Below are positions 1 through 8,411 of a stretch of DNA of 62,176 bases, piece after piece. The stretch comes from Polaromonas sp. (lineage in GTDB: Bacteria > Pseudomonadota > Gammaproteobacteria > Burkholderiales > Burkholderiaceae_C): contig JAYWFR010000112.1 in assembly GCA_043778695.1 (NCBI GenBank), positions 1 to 62,176 on the forward strand, given 5' to 3'. The notes under the pieces were generated by a model that was given only the letters and a program-made list of their open reading frames with translations, did not search any database and was not told the DNA's origin. Within the stretch, counting starts at the first letter, position 1. Every line of letters starts with the position of its first letter. The position numbers and the translations under genes are program-made.

Positions 1-713
1 GAAATGCCTTGTGACTCGGCGGTTCCGTCTTCGTCTTGTTGTGAATTGCCTTTGAGGATGTGATCAACCAAGTCCCCTACATCCTGGCGAATCTCATCAT
101 CACTTCTGGGCTCGATGAGGAGTCCGTAGTCGGGACCAGTTCGCAGATGTACTTCGCAAACAGTGATGCCGCCACCGCCAACCTCAAGTACAGGGACTTG
201 AGTTCCATCGTCCTTCGGTACTTCCAGTCCCGTCATACGGCAAATCGCTGTAGATTTCCCCACGCCGATACTGCCAATGAATGCCACTTGGTGATCGCGT
301 TTAAGGAGGAGGCCCGCGCAACGTTTCAATTCTTCAATGTATTCCGTAAGCCTGCTCTCGAAGGCGTGGGGTGTATCGGGCTTGTCCCGAAGTGCAACCA
401 ACTCTGCTGCAACTTGCTCAGCCGCCCAGAGCGTCTCTTGATCTGGATGATCCAATGGCGGGCGAGGTAGAACGGTCCAAGTTCTTGTTAGTGCGTTCGC
501 GAGCGCAGTTGCTTCTGAGGTGTCGATCTGAGCCAAGATGTCCTGTGCTTCTGCCAGCGTTATGGTGCGCTCTCCACTTTCGATTCGGGAGAGAACCGCT
601 GGGCTTAGCGACACTCGCTTAGCCAATTCACCTTGTTTTAGCCCGGCTCGGTCACGCACTTGCATCAAATGCCTGCCAATTTCTGTGGATGCAGCAGCTT
701 CGTTGTCACTCAT
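1..713 (-). CDS. Partial (runs off left edge) XRE-type HTH protein fused to a P-loop NTPase, dynamin-like GTPase candidate
   Basis: Not in the ORF track. Manual translation from ATG 713 (SD AAAGGA) gives MSDNEAAASTEIGRHLMQVRDRAGLKQGELAKRVSLSPAVLSRIESGER (XRE HTH) ... VAFIGSIGVGKSTAI (Walker A/G1) ... GGGGITVCEV, open to position 1. Confidence 0.8.
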   Translation of the reverse strand, partial: MSDNEAAASTEIGRHLMQVRDRAGLKQGELAKRVSLSPAVLSRIESGERTITLAEAQDILAQIDTSEATALANALTRTWTVLPRPPLDHPDQETLWAAEQVAAELVALRDKPDTPHAFESRLTEYIEELKRCAGLLLKRDHQVAFIGSIGVGKSTAICRMTGLEVPKDDGTQVPVLEVGGGGITVCEVHLRTGPDYGLLIEPRSDDEIRQDVGDLVDHILKGNSQQDEDGTAESQGI

Positions 714-741
714 GATGATTCCTTTGAAAGATTTCATATGA

Positions 742-769
742 ACTGTAGCATCGTTTCGTTTTAATGCAA
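742..769 (-). promoter_or_regulatory. Putative sigma70 promoter of the HTH-NTPase gene
   Basis: Minus strand TTGCAT-16 nt-TACAGT with extended TGn; overlaps a GCAAC...GTTGC inverted repeat (766-788) that could be an autoregulatory operator. Confidence 0.4.
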
Positions 770-1143
770 CATATTTGTGAAACGTTGCTGATTTAAGCGG
801 TGCCGGTGTTTTCGAGACGGTGTGACAGCCACGGGTTGAGCAAAATCCATAGGACGAGGGCGCTCCAAGGGCAACGCGAAGTTCAGCCTTCTGCCTGTCC
901 GTTCCAACAGTGATGGTTCACCTGAACCGCCGCGCCGACTGGTGCCTTTATCGGCGCGCCCAGTCACTTAGTTTTTGACAGCTTGATGCACAACGACCAT
1001 CACCCGCAGGCATCATTTTCAAACGCGAATGCGCTCACCGATCTGGTTTCGCATGACAGCGTTTTACAGCTATGCGTCGTGTGGGGCGTCTTTGACACCG
1101 TTGCTCGGCCTGTTGGCAAGTGGCGTGCGCAGGTGAGTCAGCA

Positions 1144-1875
1144 TTAGATGCATTTCACGCGGGGTACGTAGATATAGCCGTCCACCGCATCGCCAAATAC
1201 TTGATCACCGGTGCCAATCGCATACAGGCCAGCAACGTAGAGGCAGACTATTGCGTCAAGTATGTCTTCGTTCTGCTTCAATGCCACGCCGCTAAGACTA
1301 TCAATGTGACTATGCCCCAGCGGTTGTGAAAGCACATCTGGGATGGATAACCCTAGTACAGGTGATTCAGCCAGGCGCAAAAGAAACTCGGCAAGTTCGC
1401 ACTTACCGCGCCGCTTCGCACTTACTGAGCCCTTCTTGTATTGGTGGCGTACTTTGAGATTGAACAACTCAATCAGTGCAGGGTGCGGATAGCACTCAAG
1501 TTGCCAACGTCCAGTAGCGGCACCAAGGTGTTGGAAGCCTTGTGATACGAGGGTTCGTGAAAGCCGCACGCTGTCGGCCTTCGGAAACAGTTTCAGGTTA
1601 GATGTATGACACGACGCATGTCTTGAGCCGTACTCTTGCCCAATCAATGTTTCGCATTTCCGTTGACCCGAAGAATTTCTAATGATCAAGGGGCCATCAA
1701 TTGCGATACCGGAAAGGTCTGGCAGATTGTTCAGATATGTGACGATGGGTTCAACGCCGAACAAGTCTTTTGCAATTGCCGTTAACTCCAATTCACGGTC
1801 CTTCAAAGAACCAATTGCAAGTGCAGTAGGGTTCTTGTTGCTTCGCCATGCCAAGTCAATGCCAGCTAGTTGCAT
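1144..1875 (-). CDS. DUF429 family protein (predicted RNase H-like nuclease)
   Basis: GIDLAW N-terminus, IAIDGPL, ECYPHPA and EDILDA motifs typical of DUF429. Confidence 0.8.
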   Translation of the reverse strand: MQLAGIDLAWRSNKNPTALAIGSLKDRELELTAIAKDLFGVEPIVTYLNNLPDLSGIAIDGPLIIRNSSGQRKCETLIGQEYGSRHASCHTSNLKLFPKADSVRLSRTLVSQGFQHLGAATGRWQLECYPHPALIELFNLKVRHQYKKGSVSAKRRGKCELAEFLLRLAESPVLGLSIPDVLSQPLGHSHIDSLSGVALKQNEDILDAIVCLYVAGLYAIGTGDQVFGDAVDGYIYVPRVKCI

Positions 1876-1882
1876 ACTGCCC

Positions 1883-2305
1883 TCATCTGGCGATGCCTCT
1901 CAGTCGGCACCATTGGGCTTGGACAAGTCCGAAGAACTCCAAAGCGGTGCCGTGAAAGTACCAGACCAGGCCGCACATCCAGTAAAGCGATAGCGATGCA
2001 GGTGCATTCGCATCCCGCATCATTTCCAGAGCAACCGGGTCTTGCCAGCGCCAGTAAAGCCAGTAACAACCGTCAACCGAAAACCATGTAACAACAAGCA
2101 TTGACGGCCAATTTTTCCACTGGCGTTCTACCATTACGTGCATCGACCACGATGCCGTCGCATAGGCCACCAACGCCATGATCAAACTGATCGGTACATC
2201 CCAATCTGGCGCTTTGTAGTAGAACCGTCCGGCAATAAGCAAGGCGATGCCTATGGCTAACGAAGCCAGCTTCCAAGGCCGCAACAGTTCGCTCAGTGGC
2301 TCCAT
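1883..2305 (-). CDS. Hypothetical membrane protein
   Basis: Trp-rich with several hydrophobic segments; co-oriented between integrase and DUF429; ATG at 2305 chosen. Confidence 0.65.
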   Translation of the reverse strand: MEPLSELLRPWKLASLAIGIALLIAGRFYYKAPDWDVPISLIMALVAYATASWSMHVMVERQWKNWPSMLVVTWFSVDGCYWLYWRWQDPVALEMMRDANAPASLSLYWMCGLVWYFHGTALEFFGLVQAQWCRLRGIAR

Positions 2306-2318
2306 GAAAGATTCCAAT

Positions 2319-3662
2319 TCATTTTTCGCGCTTTGTCTTCTGACTTTTGCCTTTGGCCTTTGGCTCTTCCGGCTTTTGCACCAACTCTGCCCCCTCTTTT
2401 GACTTGATGTAGTCAGCCCAGTCCTGCATCAATTGATGCCGCTTCTCCACCATATCTGATCGCTGGTAGGACTGCACCGTTTTGTCACCTACAACGTGCG
2501 CAATAGCAAACTCCAACATTTCATGTTCATAGGTCGTGAGGGCTGCACCCCATGTGCGGAAACTAGCTCGAAACCCGTGCATTGTGTGATCAACCTTCAT
2601 GCGCCGAAGTATCTGGGTGAATGTCATATCACTGAGTGCTCCACCATTAATGTTGGGGAAAATCAGGCCAGTGGGCTTTCCTTTCGCTGTGAACAACTCA
2701 GGGCGCAACTCCTTGGCACGCACAAGCACAGACATGGCAGCTTCTGACAACGGAACCGTGTGCACACGGTCTGCTTTCATCCGCTCTTTTGGAATCGTCC
2801 ACATTCGCTCTTCCAAGTCAATTTCTTCCCACACTGCGAAGCGCACTTCACCCGAGCGTGCAGCGGTCAAAACAATGAATGCAAACGCCAGCTTCACGGC
2901 GTCTGAGGAAGTGCCGTGCATGACTTTGTGAAGTACCGCACCAACTTGACCGTGGGGACACGATGGGTGATTTTCTCCGGCCAACTGCTTGCTGTTCTTG
3001 GGTAGGGTCTCTTTCAATTGAACCCATTGTTCACTGTCAAGACCATTGCAATAGCCCATTGCCGCACCGTAATTAATGGTGGTGCGGATGCGCTGCAACA
3101 CACGTGAAGCAGTTTCCGCTTTGGATTTCCAAATGGGTAGCAGGGCTTGGCGAATCTGGTCGCGGGTCAATTGGCTCATGGGGACTTTTCCGAAGACTGG
3201 AAAAGCGTAAGTGGTCAGGGTGTTAATCCACTGGTCTTTGTGCTTGGTGTTTTTCCAATCGTCTGCATTGGCATCGTGGTACTCCTTTGCACATTCGGCA
3301 AACGTGCGCCGCAGTCGCGATGCTTCTGTTTCTTGGGCAGTCCTATGCAAGCGTTCTTGTTCGCGGAAGGTCTGAGGGTCTATTCCATCGGTTAGCAATT
3401 GACGGTACTTGTGGGCACGTTCTCGGGCCTCGGCCAAAGTCCAGTCGGCGGCAGAACCTAAGCCCATGTATCGGACAGATTTATCCAAGGTGTATCGCAG
3501 CACCCAAGATTTTGTTTTGGTGGGGCTGACTTGCAAATAGAGCCCTCCGCCATCGTGGTGGTAACCCACCTCGTTGAGATTACGCACTGCAACCGCCGTA
3601 AACCTATTACGGGCGCGGCTTTTCGGGGTTTTTGATTTATTGTTTTTGGCTGCATCGTCCAT
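2319..3662 (-). CDS. P4-like tyrosine integrase with N-terminal arm-binding domain
   Basis: DGGGLYLQV arm domain; catalytic residues in ARSGEVR, KERMK, HGFR, AHVVG and SYQRS. Confidence 0.93.
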   Translation of the reverse strand: MDDAAKNNKSKTPKSRARNRFTAVAVRNLNEVGYHHDGGGLYLQVSPTKTKSWVLRYTLDKSVRYMGLGSAADWTLAEARERAHKYRQLLTDGIDPQTFREQERLHRTAQETEASRLRRTFAECAKEYHDANADDWKNTKHKDQWINTLTTYAFPVFGKVPMSQLTRDQIRQALLPIWKSKAETASRVLQRIRTTINYGAAMGYCNGLDSEQWVQLKETLPKNSKQLAGENHPSCPHGQVGAVLHKVMHGTSSDAVKLAFAFIVLTAARSGEVRFAVWEEIDLEERMWTIPKERMKADRVHTVPLSEAAMSVLVRAKELRPELFTAKGKPTGLIFPNINGGALSDMTFTQILRRMKVDHTMHGFRASFRTWGAALTTYEHEMLEFAIAHVVGDKTVQSYQRSDMVEKRHQLMQDWADYIKSKEGAELVQKPEEPKAKGKSQKTKREK

Positions 3663-3839
3663 CAAAGGCTCTCAGTTCTATCAACATTTCAATCCACATT
3701 CAAAATTGAAATAGAACTGTAGCAGGCTAGATGAGATGAGGCAAACTTGGAGCGAATGGCGGACATTTTCTCCAATGCCGATAAGCACTTGCGATAAACT
3801 GAGAGTAATTGCGAGATTCTGCGATTGCACTTTCTGCGG

Positions 3840-3854
3840 TCACAGCTTCCGCCA
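3840..3854 (+). other. att site: displaced 3' end of a tRNA gene (tRNA-Ser-like)
   Basis: TCACAGCTTCCGCCA resembles the tRNA-Ser 3' end (...CTCACCGCTTCCGCCA) but has no upstream tRNA body; it is followed by a terminator and lies 180 bp from the integrase start. Confidence 0.7.
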
Positions 3855-3863
3855 GAAATTTTC

Positions 3864-3891
3864 AAAAGGCTTCGCAGGGAGCCTTTTTTTT
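3864..3891 (+). terminator. Rho-independent terminator
   Basis: AAAAGGCTTC-GCAG-GGAGCC followed by T8. Confidence 0.8.
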
Positions 3892-3984
3892 GGCGTTCAT
3901 CTTCCATTTTTTGATTTGAACGCAGATTAATTTTTACTTAATTCCTTGTATTTTGATAGTCTGCTTATTAAAATACAAAGAATT

Positions 3985-5157
3985 ATGCTTCAGCGTCAAC
4001 TGTACCCAACCCTGCTTGAAAGCCTGCAAACATTCCCCGTTGTTGGCTTGATCGGGCCACGCCAGGTCGGTAAAACCAGCCTTTGCCGGCAGTTGGCAAC
4101 AGAAATGGCGCAGGCAGGCAAACCGGTTTTGATGTTGGACCTGGAGCGCCCTTCGGAGCTTGCCAAACTGGCGGATGCCGAACTTTTTCTGGCGCCACTG
4201 GCTGAACAGCTGGTCATACTTGACGAGGTGCAGCTGCGACCTGACCTATTCAGTGTTATCAGGCCTTTGGTGGACGCACACCGCAGGCCGGGTCGCTTTC
4301 TGGTGCTGGGGTCGGCAGCGCCAGCATTGATCCGGCAATCTTCAGAAACGCTGGCTGGCCGGATTGAGTTTTTAGAACTCGCGCCGCTGTCTCTCCTCGA
4401 AATAGGTTCTGGGCCAACGCTTGAAATGACCACCGCGCTCTGGAACCGTGGTGGGTTTCCGGACAGTTACCTCGCCAAAAGTGGCGCGCAGTCTATGCGC
4501 TGGCGTGAGGCTTTTATCCGCACGTATCTGGAGCGCGACATTGCCCAGCTTGGCATACGCGTACCGGCTGCAACCCTGCGCCGCTTTTGGCTGATGCTGG
4601 CGCACTACCACGGGCAACTGTGGAACGCGTCTACCATCGCTGGCTCGCTAGGTGTCACCGCGCCCAGCGTGCGGCATTACTTGGACATCCTTGAAGGCAC
4701 ATTTATGGTGCGCGTGTTGCCACCCTACAGCGCTAATTTAGGCAAGCGGCTGGTCAAGTCGCCCAAGGTTTATCTTCGCGACAGCGGCCTTTTGCATGCC
4801 TTGCTGAATTTGCCTGACCACCACGCGTTGATGGGCCATCCGGTGCTGGGCGCTTCCTGGGAAGGCTGGGTGATTGAGCAGATTTTGAGTCAGGCGCCCG
4901 CTGGCAGTCGGCCGAGTTTTTTTCGCACGGCCAGCGGCAACGAAATTGATTTGTTGCTTGAACTGCCCGGCGGTCATCTGCGCGCCATTGAAATCAAACA
5001 CTCAAAATCGCCCAAAGTGGGCAAGGGCTTTGCCGAGGCGCTGGACGCACTGGGCATTGACAGTGGCTTTGTCATCGCGCCAGTCGATTCAGCCTACCCC
5101 ATGTCGGCACGCGCCAAAGTGCTGCCGCTCTCGCAACTTGAGGAAATTTGGCGATAA
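3985..5157 (+). CDS. AAA+ ATPase with DUF4143 domain
   Basis: GPRQVGKT Walker A, ILDEVQ Walker B, GGFP, KSPKVYLRDSGL, EIDL...IEIK nuclease-like tail. Confidence 0.88.
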   Translation: MLQRQLYPTLLESLQTFPVVGLIGPRQVGKTSLCRQLATEMAQAGKPVLMLDLERPSELAKLADAELFLAPLAEQLVILDEVQLRPDLFSVIRPLVDAHRRPGRFLVLGSAAPALIRQSSETLAGRIEFLELAPLSLLEIGSGPTLEMTTALWNRGGFPDSYLAKSGAQSMRWREAFIRTYLERDIAQLGIRVPAATLRRFWLMLAHYHGQLWNASTIAGSLGVTAPSVRHYLDILEGTFMVRVLPPYSANLGKRLVKSPKVYLRDSGLLHALLNLPDHHALMGHPVLGASWEGWVIEQILSQAPAGSRPSFFRTASGNEIDLLLELPGGHLRAIEIKHSKSPKVGKGFAEALDALGIDSGFVIAPVDSAYPMSARAKVLPLSQLEEIWR

Positions 5158-5230
5158 CAATAAATGAGCGCTGAAGCACTCAATGATGACGGAACTTTCA
5201 AGCATTTGAGCGCTGCGGTATAAACAAAAC

Positions 5231-6217
5231 ATGACACAGCACATGACAAAAGAGCAAACGACCCCCACCCACCTGCGCACCCACACCTACCACGGCCTGT
5301 CGTCCGGCCCGGCGCTTCTTGTGCTGGGCGCGGTGCATGGCAATGAGGTGTGCGGCGCGCTTGCGATTGGGCAACTGCTGCAGGACTTTGACAATGGCTT
5401 GATAACCATCGAACGCGGCTCAGTCACGTTTGTGCCGATTACCAACCCGCTGGCGCACCAGCTCAAGCGTCGTTTTGGTGACCGCAATTTAAACCGCAAC
5501 ATGGCGCCCAGTGCCATTCCGCAAGACTTTGAAGACCGCATTGCCAATGTGTTGTGCCCGCTGCTGGATACGCATGACGTGCTGCTGGATTTGCATTCGT
5601 TTCATACCGGTGGTGCGCCGTTTGTGATGATTGGGCCGCAGAACAACACGGGCACGCTGGAGCCGTTTGCGCTGGCTAATGAAGAGATGCAGCTGGCCCT
5701 GCACACCGGCGCGCCGCGCATTGTGGAAGGCTGGCTGGACACCTATGCACGAGGCGTGCAGCGGCGTGCGGCAAATGTTGAAGCTGGCAACACCCGCTCG
5801 CAAACGCTGGTCACCAACCCCAACTACGGCGTGGGCACCACCGAATACATGCGCTCGCGCGGCGGCTATGCCGTCACGCTGGAATGCGGCCAGCATGATG
5901 ACCCGGCAGGCGTTGGCGTGGCGCGCCATGCGATTTTGCAAACCCTTAGCTTGCTGGGCATCACGTCGACCCGACCCGCACCGGTGACGGCGCAGCCTGA
6001 AATCTTGCGGCTCATCGACGTAACCGACAAGGCGCATGAGGGCGACGCCTTTTCCCGTGAATGGCGCAGCTTTGATGCGGTCAAGTCAGGCGATGTGATT
6101 GGCACACGGCACACGGGTGTTGAAGTGGCTGCGCAAGGCGATGGTTTTGTGGTGTTCCCTAACCCGCGCGGTGAAGTCGGGCAGGAATGGTTTTACTTTG
6201 CGCAGAAGCGGGTTTAA
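5231..6217 (+). CDS. Succinylglutamate desuccinylase/aspartoacylase family protein
   Basis: GAVHGNE, NLNR, DLHS and TLECG motifs. Confidence 0.85.
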   Translation: MTQHMTKEQTTPTHLRTHTYHGLSSGPALLVLGAVHGNEVCGALAIGQLLQDFDNGLITIERGSVTFVPITNPLAHQLKRRFGDRNLNRNMAPSAIPQDFEDRIANVLCPLLDTHDVLLDLHSFHTGGAPFVMIGPQNNTGTLEPFALANEEMQLALHTGAPRIVEGWLDTYARGVQRRAANVEAGNTRSQTLVTNPNYGVGTTEYMRSRGGYAVTLECGQHDDPAGVGVARHAILQTLSLLGITSTRPAPVTAQPEILRLIDVTDKAHEGDAFSREWRSFDAVKSGDVIGTRHTGVEVAAQGDGFVVFPNPRGEVGQEWFYFAQKRV

Positions 6218-6269
6218 AACACACTTCAGACTTCAAAATCGTAGCTTGTCGGTGAATACAAAGCGGCTG

Positions 6270-6312
6270 TAGCCCAATAGAGATATGCGCAAGCTGCTAT
6301 TAAAATCATATC
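6270..6312 (-). repeat. Element A copy (43-bp double palindrome)
   Basis: TAGCCC-N11-GCGCAA-N3-GCTAT-N7-ATATC. Confidence 0.8.
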
Positions 6313-6398
6313 GCACTAACGCAAGTCAGCAGTTGACAGCTCAATGTTGCATGACCAGACGATAACGAGCCCTGATAGCGATTGCGGTCTCTTCGTAC

Positions 6399-6689
6399 TC
6401 AAACACCTTCAATGATCCGAATGTCTCGATCCGCGCCATCACCCAGCGCGGCTAATGCTGCTTGGTAGCCGGGACTGTCGTGTGCTGCGGTGGCTTGCTC
6501 GACGCTGTCAAACTCGATGAGGACTGTGCGCTCTTCCAACCCGAGTTCATACACCATTGACGGCGCACCGCGCGCCAAAAATCGACCGCCTGCTGCGGTA
6601 AGTGCAGGCCCCGCTAGCACAGCGTAGGCGGCGACTTTTTCAGCGTTTTTCACTGCGCGGTAAGTGCTGACCCAATAGGTTTTCGACAT
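6399..6689 (-). CDS. DUF1330 family protein
   Basis: AGGRFLARG...VLIEFDS...A.HDSPGYQ pattern; start at MSKTY with SD AAGGA. Confidence 0.85.
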   Translation of the reverse strand: MSKTYWVSTYRAVKNAEKVAAYAVLAGPALTAAGGRFLARGAPSMVYELGLEERTVLIEFDSVEQATAAHDSPGYQAALAALGDGADRDIRIIEGV

Positions 6690-6838
6690 TTTTTTCCTTG
6701 TTGATATGGGCTCAATTTTGACTGCTTTCTGGCGTTTTACACATACAAGCATCATGAAAACTGTCGCGAAAGTCGGTTTTCAGACGGCTGTGATCGAAAA
6801 TACTGTTTTTAACAATTTTCAAAGGTTAATTTGGCCTA

Positions 6839-6881
6839 CAAGCCAATAAATACCAGGGCGAGCAGCTGCTAAAAAAATAGC
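6839..6881 (-). repeat. Element A copy
   Basis: CAAGCC-N11-GGGCGA-GCA-GCTGC-N7-ATAGC. Confidence 0.7.
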
Positions 6882-7117
6882 ATTAACCCCCCGACAAAGG
6901 CGCAAAAGCTCTGCGGCGCTTCGTCAGCATGGTCATGAACTCACATATTGCGCCTATGTCAGCTATTACAGCTTTTACAGCTGTTTTGAGTATTTACCGA
7001 GTGCTTTGGAGGAGCAACAAACACGTTTGAACAAATCATGACGCCTATAACGGCTCAAATAGTATGACACTTCAGCCTAGCTCTTTCAGTAACAGTTCTA
7101 AAGTAAGAATCAGCCTC

Positions 7118-7160
7118 TAGCCCACGTAAATACGGGGTAAGCAGCTCCTGAAAATATAGC
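7118..7160 (-). repeat. Element A copy
   Basis: TAGCCC-N11-GGGTAA-GCA-GCTCC-N7-ATAGC. Confidence 0.8.
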
Positions 7161-7184
7161 GCTTTGCATCGCTGCTTGACTGGT

Positions 7185-8015
7185 TTACAGCACGATGCAC
7201 GTCTTCGGCTTGAAAAACAATTGCTCATTTTTGCGCGCATAGCCCAATGGGTTGGCCACCACCCGACAACCGCCAGCCGTGTAGTCCACCGCGCAGTGCA
7301 AATGCCCGTGCAGCCATAGCTGCGCTTGGGAAAATAAATCGTCCAGCGCATTGCAAAACCCGGCTGTGCCGGGGTTGACGCCGTAGCGCGGGTCTGCGCT
7401 CAGCAGGCTGGGGGCAAAGTGGGTCACAACCACGGTTTTTTCGACCGTTTTGCGGTCAAGTGTTGTTGCTAGCACTTGCCGCAGCCAGGCCTGGCTGCTC
7501 AGACCCAGCTCGCGTATCTCCTCAGCCATCATGGGCTGGCCTGCTAGCAACGCATGGTGGCGTTTTAAGGAATGGTTCGCCGCGCGAAACGCTTTCTCAC
7601 GTGCCACGAGCTGCTGGCCGACGGTCACTGGGTTGGCCATAGCCCGCGTCGATGTTGGCGAGTCAAAGTCTGTCCAGAGTGTGCAGCCAACAAAGCGCAC
7701 GCCTTCAATCATGGCCACTTCTTGCTCTAGCCAAATAAAGCCCAGCCGGGCGCAAACCTCTTGCAGCCGCGCACGGGTCGCAGCATAGTCCTGTCCATCG
7801 TATTCATGGTTGCCGGGTACAAACACCACCGGGCACGGCCAATTGGCAAAGCGCTGCAAACCAAAGTCGGCAATGCTTAGGCGGGTCAGCGACGACTCGT
7901 TTTGGTACGACCCAATGTCTCCCGCCAGCACCAGCACATCAGCACCTGGCGCGGGCTCGGGCACAAAGTGCGGATGAGACTCCAAATGCAGGTCAGAAAG
8001 TAGCTGAATGTTCAC
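7185..8015 (-). CDS. Metallophosphoesterase (calcineurin-like)
   Basis: SDLH, AGDI, PGNHE, THFAP and HGHLH motifs. Confidence 0.88.
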   Translation of the reverse strand: MNIQLLSDLHLESHPHFVPEPAPGADVLVLAGDIGSYQNESSLTRLSIADFGLQRFANWPCPVVFVPGNHEYDGQDYAATRARLQEVCARLGFIWLEQEVAMIEGVRFVGCTLWTDFDSPTSTRAMANPVTVGQQLVAREKAFRAANHSLKRHHALLAGQPMMAEEIRELGLSSQAWLRQVLATTLDRKTVEKTVVVTHFAPSLLSADPRYGVNPGTAGFCNALDDLFSQAQLWLHGHLHCAVDYTAGGCRVVANPLGYARKNEQLFFKPKTCIVL

Positions 8016-8169
8016 GAGGACGATTGTCGCCGACGTTCGTCAGTCGATTAGGTTATGCGTTTATTGCATCGAATCCGGGCACTTCCGGGCTTGTGAATCT
8101 AGGGAAAACCCGTATATTTCATTCACCGCAACTTTTAGCGCCTCTTTAACTTTTTAAAGGCGCAGCACC

Positions 8170-8346
8170 ATGACTGAATTACTCAAGCAAATCGCCGAGT
8201 TCATCAAGCCCGACGACGCTTTACAGGAAGCCCCTGGCGTAGCACAACACCTGATGGAACGCGCCGAAGCGGACGCTGGCCGCAACCCGGTTGAAGCTGA
8301 AGAGCTGCGCACTGCTGCTCGGGCATTTTTAAGCGTGGTTCGCTAA
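8170..8346 (+). CDS. Small hypothetical protein (58 aa)
   Basis: Below the ORF-track cutoff; SD AAAGG, host-like codons, MTELLKQIAEFIKPDDALQEAPGVAQHLMERAEADAGRNPVEAEELRTAARAFLSVVR. Confidence 0.65.
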   Translation: MTELLKQIAEFIKPDDALQEAPGVAQHLMERAEADAGRNPVEAEELRTAARAFLSVVR

Positions 8347-8411
8347 ACACCCATACGCAACATAAGCGTTGCGCTATTGGCGCAGACGATCGGCCGCTAC
8401 ACAATTGGTTT

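Larger units (their letters stand above)
1..3854. mobile_element. Right end of an integrative genomic island
   Basis: Integrase plus accessory cargo, bounded by a tRNA-3'-like att core at 3840-3854; left end lies outside the window. Confidence 0.75.

Noticed and set aside
60-741. Plus-strand ORFs 60-470, 371-622 and 538-741
   Set aside because: They are antisense shadows of the minus-strand HTH-NTPase frame, which has recognisable motifs and an SD.
3780-3854. Complete tRNA gene
   Set aside because: Only the last ~15 nt match; there is no T-loop (GTTCGA), D-arm or cloverleaf upstream.
6270-7160. CRISPR array from three nearby repeat copies
   Set aside because: Spacing is irregular (hundreds of bp, with a gene in between), copies are degenerate, and no cas genes are present.
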